From Thermoplasmata archaeon (GTDB lineage: Archaea > Thermoplasmatota > Thermoplasmata > Lutacidiplasmatales > UBA184), in contig JAGWLG010000044.1 of NCBI GenBank assembly GCA_028864975.1, positions 1-21,891 of the forward strand: a DNA stretch of 21,891 bases, read 5' to 3'. Shown piece by piece: positions 8,213 through 15,728 of this stretch. The position numbers were made by a program, and so were the translations under genes. Position 1 is the stretch's first letter. Each line of letters begins with the position of its first letter. The notes beneath the pieces were generated by a model, which searched no databases, had not been told where the DNA came from, and saw nothing but the letters and a program-made list of their open reading frames with translations.

Positions 8213-9244
8213 GTGCCCAAGCGCCCACGTTCGCTCACATCGGTCCCTGGACTCCTGGTGGGGTGCGCCGAGGACCCGGGAAGGACGACGGGGGTCACCG
8301 CCGTCCTCTTTCCCAGGACCGCGCGAGGCGCGGTCGAGGTCCGAGGAGGGGCTCCGGGAACTTTCCACACGGACGCGCTCGGCCCTTCCGGTTGCTTCGG
8401 CGTCCTCGGTGCCCTATTCCTCAGCGGGGGGAGCCTCTACGGGCTCGACGCCGCGCGAGGGATCCGTCGTCGGGTCTTGGAACGGGGAGGGGGGGTCCGC
8501 GTCTTCGGGTCCTACGACCGGCTCGTGGGCATCTCCGGGGCCATCCTCTTCGACCTCCCCCGAGCCCGAAAGCTCCGCGCCGACTACGAGCAGTTGGGCT
8601 ATCGGGCGGCGCGGGCGGCCTCCCGAGATCCTGTTCCCACGGGGAGCCGTGGCGCGGGGACCGGCGCGACGGTCGGGAAGTTCTTGGGGCGAGATCATGC
8701 GATGAAGGGCGGGCTCGGCAGCTCCTCGCGTCACCTACCCGGAGGCGGGCAGGTCGGCGCCCTCGTCGCCGTGAACGCGGTGGGCAATGTGGTCGATCCC
8801 TGCTCGGGGAAAGTGGTCGCCGGCGCCCGGAAGCCGGGCGGTGGGTTCGCCGGGCCGGACGACATGTTCCGCTCCTTGCGTCGTCATCCCCGGAGCTCCC
8901 CTCCGCGAGGCACGAGCCTCGCCATCATCGCCACCGACCTCCCGCTCTCCCGGCGCGACCTGCTCCGGGTCGCTCATGCTGCGCACGACGGACTTGCCCG
9001 GTCCATCGTACCTTCCCACAGCTCCACCGACGGGGACAGCGTCTTCGTGGTTTCTACCACCCCTGAGTCTAGGTCGTCCTTCTGGCCGGCGCCGGGAGGG
9101 GAGCCCTATCCCGGGGCGGTCGCTGACCTCGTCGGAGCGCACGCCTCTGAGGTCGTCGTGGAGGCGGTCCTCGAAGGGGTTCGCTCTGCCCGCGGGACCC
9201 GGGAACTCCCCTCGGCCCGAGAATGGGACAGACCTGCAACATGA
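8213..9244 (+). CDS. Peptidase S58 / DmpA (P1) family self-cleaving amidohydrolase (~343 aa)
   Basis: SLTSVPGLLVG, TGVTAVL, VRGGAPGT, LSGGSLYGL, GAGTGATVGK, MKGGLGS, VGALVAVNAVG, GTSLAIIATD, AHDGLAR, DGDSVF. GTG start at 8213 chosen from family N-terminus length. Confidence 0.88.
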   Translation: MPKRPRSLTSVPGLLVGCAEDPGRTTGVTAVLFPRTARGAVEVRGGAPGTFHTDALGPSGCFGVLGALFLSGGSLYGLDAARGIRRRVLERGGGVRVFGSYDRLVGISGAILFDLPRARKLRADYEQLGYRAARAASRDPVPTGSRGAGTGATVGKFLGRDHAMKGGLGSSSRHLPGGGQVGALVAVNAVGNVVDPCSGKVVAGARKPGGGFAGPDDMFRSLRRHPRSSPPRGTSLAIIATDLPLSRRDLLRVAHAAHDGLARSIVPSHSSTDGDSVFVVSTTPESRSSFWPAPGGEPYPGAVADLVGAHASEVVVEAVLEGVRSARGTRELPSAREWDRPAT

Positions 9245-9251
9245 GGAGCCC

Positions 9252-9848
9252 GTGAGAGGTCGGACGAGACGACGGTCCACTTCCCGCGCTTCATCGCGGC
9301 GCCGAAGGTCCGGCCCGGTTCCAACGTCGGACCGGGTACGATACGATTCCGGCACGCGCTGGGAACCGATCGTGGGGTACTCACGTGCGGTCAGGGTCGG
9401 GAGCTCCGTTCATGTGTCGGGGACGACCGCCACCGACGCGCGGGGACGGATCGTCGGCGTGGGCGATCCCTACCGGCAGACCCAGGTCGCGCTCGACAAC
9501 GTGGTCCGAGCGCTGCGGGCCCTGGGATCAGGTCCCGAGGAGGTGATCCGGACCCGGATCTACGTCACGGACATCTCGCGTTGGAGGGAGGTCGGAAGGG
9601 CCCACGGAGAGATGTTCCGTCGGACCCGCCCGGCGACCTCGATGGTGCAGGTGGCCGCCCTGATCGCTCCTGAGGTGCTCGTCGAGGTCGAGGCCGACGC
9701 CGAGATCGTCGCCCGTCGCATGGGACCGCGAGGGGCCCAAGTGCCACGCTCTGAGCTTGCCATTCGAAGGAAGCCGCGGGCGCTGACCCCGCGGCGACCT
9801 CCACGGGTGCGGAAACGCCCCCGTCCTCGTGAGCGGCGCCGGCGCTGA
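9252..9848 (+). CDS. Rid (YjgF/YER057c/UK114) family protein with Arg-rich N- and C-terminal extensions
   Basis: Core SGTRWEPIVGYSRAVRVG..VHVSGTTA...VIRTRIYVTD...HGEMF...RPATSMVQVAALI.PE.LVEVEADA. GTG at 9252 is preceded by GAGGAG; the start is less certain than the core. Confidence 0.85.
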   Translation: MRGRTRRRSTSRASSRRRRSGPVPTSDRVRYDSGTRWEPIVGYSRAVRVGSSVHVSGTTATDARGRIVGVGDPYRQTQVALDNVVRALRALGSGPEEVIRTRIYVTDISRWREVGRAHGEMFRRTRPATSMVQVAALIAPEVLVEVEADAEIVARRMGPRGAQVPRSELAIRRKPRALTPRRPPRVRKRPRPRERRRR

Positions 9849-9953
9849 GGCTACGTCGCTTCCCGGAGCAGTGGGGTCGTTGGCCCACGATGCTCTACCC
9901 CGGGCCGAGGGTCCTCAATCCAAGACCGACAGAAGGAACGGTCTCGGGGTCGC

Positions 9954-10538
9954 CTAGGCGGTGCTCGTGGGCTTGCGCCGGAGGCTCGCATGGCGTAGAC
10001 CACGGATGAGGTCGGTCTTCGTCACGATCCCCCGAAGTTCTCCACGATGCGCGACGAGCACCGCGGGATAGCGGGTCAACAGGGTCGCGAGCAGGTCGGC
10101 TGGGAACTCCTCTCCCACCTGCGGATACCCCGGTTCTTGCACGTCCGCCACCTTGGACTTGCGTCGTCCGGGATCGGCGAGCGCCTTGAGAAGTCCCGTG
10201 TCCGAAAGTCCGCCCGTGATGCGTCCTTCCTCCACCACGGGGACCTGGGAGAAACCTCTCCGCTCCATCACCGCTCCGGCGGCCGCCAGGGAGGTGGAGG
10301 CATCGAGGGTCGTGACCCCTGGGTTCATGACGTCCCGAGCCAGGAGATGCGGGCTGGCCTCCCCCTCTTGGGCCTCTAGGAAGCGGAAGATCGCCTGCGC
10401 GAGCTCGTAGGAGGGCCGGATGCGTCCCCTTTCGATGCGGGAGACCGTGGCGACCGAGCGTCCCACGGCCCGGGCCAGGTCACGGACCGGGATGCCCAGG
10501 GCCTGCCGCCGCTTTCGGATCTCCATCAGGGAGTCCAT
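9954..10538 (-). CDS. XRE/Cro-type HTH transcriptional regulator with C-terminal CBS pair (COG3620-like)
   Basis: IRKRRQALGI..RDLARAVGRSVATVSRIERG...PSY HTH, then ARDVMN...FSQVPVVE.G..G and LRGIVTKTDLI CBS motifs. Confidence 0.92.
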   Translation of the reverse strand: MDSLMEIRKRRQALGIPVRDLARAVGRSVATVSRIERGRIRPSYELAQAIFRFLEAQEGEASPHLLARDVMNPGVTTLDASTSLAAAGAVMERRGFSQVPVVEEGRITGGLSDTGLLKALADPGRRKSKVADVQEPGYPQVGEEFPADLLATLLTRYPAVLVAHRGELRGIVTKTDLIRGLRHASLRRKPTSTA

Positions 10539-13299
10539 GGTCCCCCGACCCCGATGGCGGAGATAGACCTTCCGGAGGTGTCTCCCCGCGACCGGGAGAC
10601 CTGCGTCGCCGGATGAGAAGGACCGCGGCGAGGGCCAGTACGGCTCCCAATGCGGCGCCCCCTCCGAGCTCGATCCATAGGGCGTTCGTCGAGCCCCAAC
10701 CCGTGGACGACGAGGAGTTGCCGAGCGCCCAGTGCCGCCAGGTCACGCTCCCGGAGTTGATGGCAAAGGACCCCGTCAGAGCCGTCGACCCCTGAACGAG
10801 CCGGAAGCTGTAGATCCCCGCAGAGAGGTTGACCGAGAGGACCGCCCCGCCCTGAGGGTTCGTGCCGGCCGCGGAGTACGCGACCTGGTTGATGAGGAAC
10901 GTCGCCGAGGCTGGGAAGTAGCTCCCTTCGAGCATTCCCGGCAGAGGAGGCGGAGGGGGTGTCCAGTTGAGCCGTACCATGACGTAGGTCGTGCCGGCCA
11001 CCACTGCTTGGGACCGGTTCGTCGCGTATCCCGAGGCCGACACGAGGAGCGGGTACGTTCCGTTCCCCCAGGTCGTCGGGGAGACCAGCTGACCCGCCGC
11101 GTTCGTGTAGCCCTGGAGAACGCCGTTCATCGTGACCGAAGCGTCGTAGACCGGGGGCGCTCCGGTGCTGTTGATCACGGTGAACTCGACCACCCAGGTA
11201 CTGCCCGCGCCGCCTCCACCGTTCGAAGGGAGGGAGATCGTGGGCCGATCCACGACGCCCCCGCTCACGGTCGTGTTGAGGTGGACCGCGCGGTAGCCCG
11301 GCGCGAAGGCGCCCAGGGCGTACCTCCCGTCCGGGAGGAGGAGCTGAGGGATGGACCCGTTCGCCAGGGTTGTCCACGCTCCCACCCCAGCGACGCTCAC
11401 CGTCGCCCCTGGTAGGCTCGCCCCGCTCGTCGAGGCGACGTGGACCTGCAAGGAGCCGTTGAGTGGGGTCATGTTGAGAAGGAGCAAGGCGTTGGACCCG
11501 AGGACGCCCACGTTCGAGGAGTCGTACGCCCAACCGGGGTCCGCCGCTCCGACCACGTAGGTCCCGTTCACGACGTTGAACGAGAAGGCTCCTGTGCTCG
11601 AGGTGAGGCTTGTGGCGTTCGTGTTCCCGCGGACGGAGACCGTCGCACCGGAGAGCGGCCCCCCGGTGGTGTTCCGGACCTCCCCGGAGAGCGTGTAGGT
11701 CCGTGGAGGCGGGGGAGGGGTCGCGTTCTGGACCACAATGGACAACGAAAAGGGGGTCCCGAACCACGCGACCCCGTCGTGGACCATCTGCAGCCCCAAG
11801 GTGTAGGTCCCGGCCGAGCTCGGCGCCACGACCTGGGCATCGTAGTAGGCCACGCCGGAGGGAGGCACCTCACCACAGGTGAAGAGGCGCTCGTTGATGG
11901 CCGAGATCGAGTAGCCCCCGCAACGTGGCGACGTGAAGACGAACGCGTTGGACGAGGTCGCGCCTAGGCGGATCGCCCCCGGCAGACCGAGCCAGAGCCC
12001 TTGCTCGCTCCACGTGCTGGTCCCGACGTTGTCCACCGTGGCGTTCAGAGGGAAGGAGGTGCCGACGTAGACCGTGGACGGAACGTTGATGGAGACTCCC
12101 GTGGCGTCATCATGGTGGAAGAGGTCGTAGTAGGCCGACCACGAGCTCTTCCAGTAAGTGAGCGACCCGTTCGCGGCCATGCCCCCGAGACCGTAGGGGT
12201 TCCCCGGGAAGTCGGCCCAATCGAACCATAGCGCCGTCGTGACGTCGCCCCGCGCGTGGAAGTAGTCGTACGCGGTCGTGAGGTTCGTCGCTTGCTCGAC
12301 CTCCCCGGTACTCCCGTAACCCCCGGCCGACGACGCGGTCCATCCGAACTCCGTCGCCCAGAACGGGACCCCGGGCTGGTACTGGTCGATCGTGTAACGG
12401 ACGTGGTCCATCAGTGAGGGGAGCTGCGTGGTGGGGTCGACGTAGGGGTGGACCCCGACGGCGTCGACCGGGTCCGCGCCCCCATAGTTCGCGCGGTACC
12501 ATGCGAAGGTCGAGGAACCGTAGGTGAGATTGAGATAGGCCCCGACGCTCTGGTTGTCGCTCGGGTTGGACGACGTGGGGTCGATGCCCGGGGGGAGGAG
12601 CCCCCCGATCATCACCACCGCGCTCGGGTTCTGGGCATGGATGTCCAAGTACGCTTGGGTCATCATCTTGCCGTACTGCTCGGGGAAGATCTGGCCATCC
12701 GAGCCGTTCGAGGCCTTCCAGATCCAGTAGTTCGAGTTCTCCTCGTTGTAGATCTCGTAGGCCGACAGGGCCGTCCCGTAGTGCTGGGAGATCGAGGTCG
12801 CCGCGTTACCGTAGTCGGTGATGTAGGAGTTGAAGTTCCCGGGGCCGCTCAAGGCCCAGTCCGCGTGGGTGATGTCGTCGGGAATGGTGGCATAGTCGAG
12901 AAGCGCGAGGATCTTCAGGTGGTGCGCGGGGGCGCTGGTCAGGACCCAGTAATCGTACGTGCTCCACTGTACGTTCCCGCCGCTCTGGACGAACTCGGTC
13001 CGGACCCACGAGACCCCAGCGTTCTCGAGCTCCTGGGCCTGCTGATCGATGGCCGCGTTCGAGCTCGCATAGAAGGGTTGGACATCGTTCATCCCTGCGA
13101 GCGAAGGGGGGAGGTCGGGGGCACCTTGGGTCATCTCAGGGGGAGGTCCCCTCGCGAACGCGGATAGGACCCCGGCGGCTGACGGTAGGGCCGGGGCCCC
13201 CTCGATCCGGGGCGTGGGCCAGATTCCGCTCGCGGAAGGGAGCAGAAGGAGGACCACCAAGACCCCCACGACTGCTGCGGGGGACCTCCTCGATCGCAT
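10480..13299 (-). CDS. Secreted, C-terminally anchored clan GH-A glycoside hydrolase (GH5/GH39-like) with NBR1-Ig-like and carboxypeptidase-regulatory-like/PEGA-like domains (~939 aa)
   Basis: Signal peptide MRSRRSPAAVVGVLVVLLLLPSASG. TIM-barrel motifs GVSWVRTEF, YEIYNEEN (acid/base), DAVGVHPY, WATEFGW (nucleophile). NVGTSTW...AP...GTYTLGLQMV..GV.WFG Ig-like module. Three G.PL.GA.V.V-type repeats. C-terminal TM LGAVLALAAVLLIRRRR. Confidence 0.85.
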   Translation of the reverse strand: MRSRRSPAAVVGVLVVLLLLPSASGIWPTPRIEGAPALPSAAGVLSAFARGPPPEMTQGAPDLPPSLAGMNDVQPFYASSNAAIDQQAQELENAGVSWVRTEFVQSGGNVQWSTYDYWVLTSAPAHHLKILALLDYATIPDDITHADWALSGPGNFNSYITDYGNAATSISQHYGTALSAYEIYNEENSNYWIWKASNGSDGQIFPEQYGKMMTQAYLDIHAQNPSAVVMIGGLLPPGIDPTSSNPSDNQSVGAYLNLTYGSSTFAWYRANYGGADPVDAVGVHPYVDPTTQLPSLMDHVRYTIDQYQPGVPFWATEFGWTASSAGGYGSTGEVEQATNLTTAYDYFHARGDVTTALWFDWADFPGNPYGLGGMAANGSLTYWKSSWSAYYDLFHHDDATGVSINVPSTVYVGTSFPLNATVDNVGTSTWSEQGLWLGLPGAIRLGATSSNAFVFTSPRCGGYSISAINERLFTCGEVPPSGVAYYDAQVVAPSSAGTYTLGLQMVHDGVAWFGTPFSLSIVVQNATPPPPPRTYTLSGEVRNTTGGPLSGATVSVRGNTNATSLTSSTGAFSFNVVNGTYVVGAADPGWAYDSSNVGVLGSNALLLLNMTPLNGSLQVHVASTSGASLPGATVSVAGVGAWTTLANGSIPQLLLPDGRYALGAFAPGYRAVHLNTTVSGGVVDRPTISLPSNGGGGAGSTWVVEFTVINSTGAPPVYDASVTMNGVLQGYTNAAGQLVSPTTWGNGTYPLLVSASGYATNRSQAVVAGTTYVMVRLNWTPPPPPLPGMLEGSYFPASATFLINQVAYSAAGTNPQGGAVLSVNLSAGIYSFRLVQGSTALTGSFAINSGSVTWRHWALGNSSSSTGWGSTNALWIELGGGAALGAVLALAAVLLIRRRRSPGRGETPPEGLSPPSGSGDHGLPDGDPKAAAGPGHPGP

Positions 13300-13483
13300 G
13301 GCCCGGGCAGAGGTCCGGTCAATATGGGCATTGGCCCCCACCTCTGTTGTGGGCGCGGGGCCCTACGTGGGCGTGCGACGCGTCGTTCTCGAGGAAAGTG
13401 CCACGGGTCGTTCAAGTCCAGCTCGTGGGACCAGGACAAACCCACGTGCTGCTACGCACCCCACGAGGTCCAAGAGGTGGTCG

Positions 13484-14110
13484 CTACAGGACGACCGAGC
13501 CTGAGACCTTCGAGCCCCCGGTGCCGAAGACGGAAAGAACGTCTCCGGACCCCAGGAGGGGCATGGGCGACAGGATGGCGATCGTGCCGGCCGTAATGAA
13601 CGGGACCGAGACCCCGGAAGCTGTGGACCACGTGGTCGCACCGTGCGTTGAGGGGTAGGTCGCGAGAATGACCCCGGAGTCGCTGAGGAGGAGCACGATC
13701 CACCCCGCGAGCGTCGCCGACGCCCCGAGGCAGTCGAAGAACGTGGCGGCCGCCTGATCGCAAGCTCCTGGCACGCTTCCTGATGACAGCGCCGCTGACC
13801 GATTGAGGATCTCGAGGCCCGTCATTCCCGTGGTCAGCGCCGCAGGGGCCGAGACGGTCAGGTTGACGATGTACACCCCGGACGCGTGCCCCCCCGTCTT
13901 GTTCGTCATGCCAAGGGCGTAGGTGGGGTTCGGCTCCTTCGAGGGCGAGAGGACCATCGCATAGAGGAAGTACGCGAGGACCAGGGCGAGGACCGCCAGG
14001 AGGGCGAGGACGATGAGCAGGCGGGTCGGGTGTGTGCGGCGACGTCCCCGCACCTCGGCGGAGCGGATCTCGGCGTCCCACCCGCCTTCCTGGTATTGGT
14101 AGCTCCCCAT
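13484..14110 (-). CDS. Single-pass membrane protein, archaeal pilin/archaellin-like (208 aa)
   Basis: One N-terminal hydrophobic helix (LLIVLALLAVLALVLAYFLYAMV) followed by a small beta-rich domain with two Cys and N-glycosylation sequons. CDS well supported; the pilin-like call is inference. Confidence 0.65.
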   Translation of the reverse strand: MGSYQYQEGGWDAEIRSAEVRGRRRTHPTRLLIVLALLAVLALVLAYFLYAMVLSPSKEPNPTYALGMTNKTGGHASGVYIVNLTVSAPAALTTGMTGLEILNRSAALSSGSVPGACDQAAATFFDCLGASATLAGWIVLLLSDSGVILATYPSTHGATTWSTASGVSVPFITAGTIAILSPMPLLGSGDVLSVFGTGGSKVSGSVVL

Positions 14111-14125
14111 ACGCGGTTGATCCCG

Positions 14126-15724
14126 TTAACGGGCGACGAGGTCCTTCGCCATCCACGGACCCTCGCGCTCGAAGCCCAGTTTGGCGTAGTACCCCCGGGT
14201 GCCCACCGCGGCGATCACGAAGAGACGGCGGGCTCCCGAGGCGCGAGCCTCTTCCTCGGCGCAGCGAACGAGCCGCTTGCCCAGGCCCCGGTGCTGCACC
14301 TGGAGCCCGTTCTCAGCCTCTCCCGAGACCGGCACCTCCCTTCCGACAACCTTGAGCTCGCGGATCACGGGGTCGGTCAGGGCTCCCGGGACGTTCCCGC
14401 GCGGGAATCGAAGCCGCAGGAATCCGGCCATGGCGTCGGTCTCGGGGTCGGAGAGCGCGAGGAAGACCTCACGTCCCCCGGAGGCTCGGTACTCGACGCG
14501 CTCGAGCTCCCAGTTCTCTCCCGGTCTAGGGGCGGCCCTTCTTCCCAGTTCCCGACAGCGCAGACAGGGGCACTGGCGCCCGCGTTCGGCGAGCAGCCTC
14601 AGAGCGAGCTGTCGAAGGTTGCTCTTGCGGACCCCGGCCGCGATCAGCCGAGCGGGGATGTCCCGCTGCACGCGCTGGATCCGGACGTAGGAGGGGAGCC
14701 GTTCCTTGGCGTCGGCGAGCACGCGAGCGGCGGTCTCGGCATCGTACGGCTCGTAACGACCCGCCTTCCATTCCTCGAAGAGGCCGGTCCCTGCGATGAC
14801 CAGACAGGGGTAGACCTTCAGCATGTCCGGTTGGAACTCCTCCCCGGAGAATAGTCGAGCGAGGTCCTCGACGTCCCTCTGGGGGTCCATGCCCGGGAGA
14901 CCGGGCATCATGTGGTATCCCACCTTCAGTCCGAACTCTCTCGCGCGCGCCGTCGCCCCGAGGACGTCCTGGACCGCGTGGGCCCGGTGGACGTGGCCCA
15001 GGACCTCGTCCCGGAGCGACTCCACCCCGAACTCGACACGCGTGACCCCCCAGGAGACGAGCCGCTGGAGCTGCTCCGCGCTGGCCTGGTCCGGCCGCGT
15101 CTCGACGGTGAGGCCCACGCATCTCGACCTCGCGTCCTCATTGGAGCGATGCGCTTCGGTGATCGAGGGCGACGGGTCGGCCGTGCCGTTCAGCGCGTCG
15201 AAGGTCCGTCGGATCGTGGTCTCTTGCCATTCGACCGGACGCGAGCTGAAGGTCCCGCCCATCAGGATGACCTCGACCTTGCTCACGGTGTGACCGATCT
15301 CCTCCAACGCCTGGAGGCGATGTTGCGTGATCCTGTACGGGTCGTAGGCGAACTGGGCCCCCCGCAAGGCGGAGGGCTCCTCCCCCGTGTAGCTCTGGGG
15401 CGTGCCCAGCTCGGGTCCCCCCGGGCAGTAGGTGCACTTGCCGTGCGGGCATCGCCACGGGGAGGTCATCACCGCGACCACGCTGACGCCCGAAAGCGTG
15501 CGGGTCGGCTTGAGCCGGAGCGAGGCTCGGGAGGACTCGCGCTCTTCCGGTGAAAGTCGCGCGAGCAGGTCCGGGTTCGTGGGAAGCTCCTTCCAGTGTC
15601 CCTCCCGGGCCATGGCCAGCTTGCGCTTCTGCACTTGGTCGGCAAGCGCGTTCGAGCCGTGCCGCCGTCCCCCTCCCGCGGGGAGCAGCAGGAGGGCCTC
15701 GGGCGGGACCTCCCCATCGGGCAT
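14126..15724 (-). CDS. elp3: Elp3 tRNA uridine(34) acetyltransferase (radical SAM + GNAT)
   Basis: KPTRTLSGVSVVAVMTSP, CPHGKCTYCPGG (Fe-S motif), PQSYTGEEP, MGGTF, ETRPD, HMMPGLP, LKVYPC, RIQRVQRDIP, C.C.RCRE, QHRGLGKRL (acetyl-CoA motif). Confidence 0.97.
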   Translation of the reverse strand: MPDGEVPPEALLLLPAGGGRRHGSNALADQVQKRKLAMAREGHWKELPTNPDLLARLSPEERESSRASLRLKPTRTLSGVSVVAVMTSPWRCPHGKCTYCPGGPELGTPQSYTGEEPSALRGAQFAYDPYRITQHRLQALEEIGHTVSKVEVILMGGTFSSRPVEWQETTIRRTFDALNGTADPSPSITEAHRSNEDARSRCVGLTVETRPDQASAEQLQRLVSWGVTRVEFGVESLRDEVLGHVHRAHAVQDVLGATARAREFGLKVGYHMMPGLPGMDPQRDVEDLARLFSGEEFQPDMLKVYPCLVIAGTGLFEEWKAGRYEPYDAETAARVLADAKERLPSYVRIQRVQRDIPARLIAAGVRKSNLRQLALRLLAERGRQCPCLRCRELGRRAAPRPGENWELERVEYRASGGREVFLALSDPETDAMAGFLRLRFPRGNVPGALTDPVIRELKVVGREVPVSGEAENGLQVQHRGLGKRLVRCAEEEARASGARRLFVIAAVGTRGYYAKLGFEREGPWMAKDLVAR

Positions 15725-15728
15725 AGGG

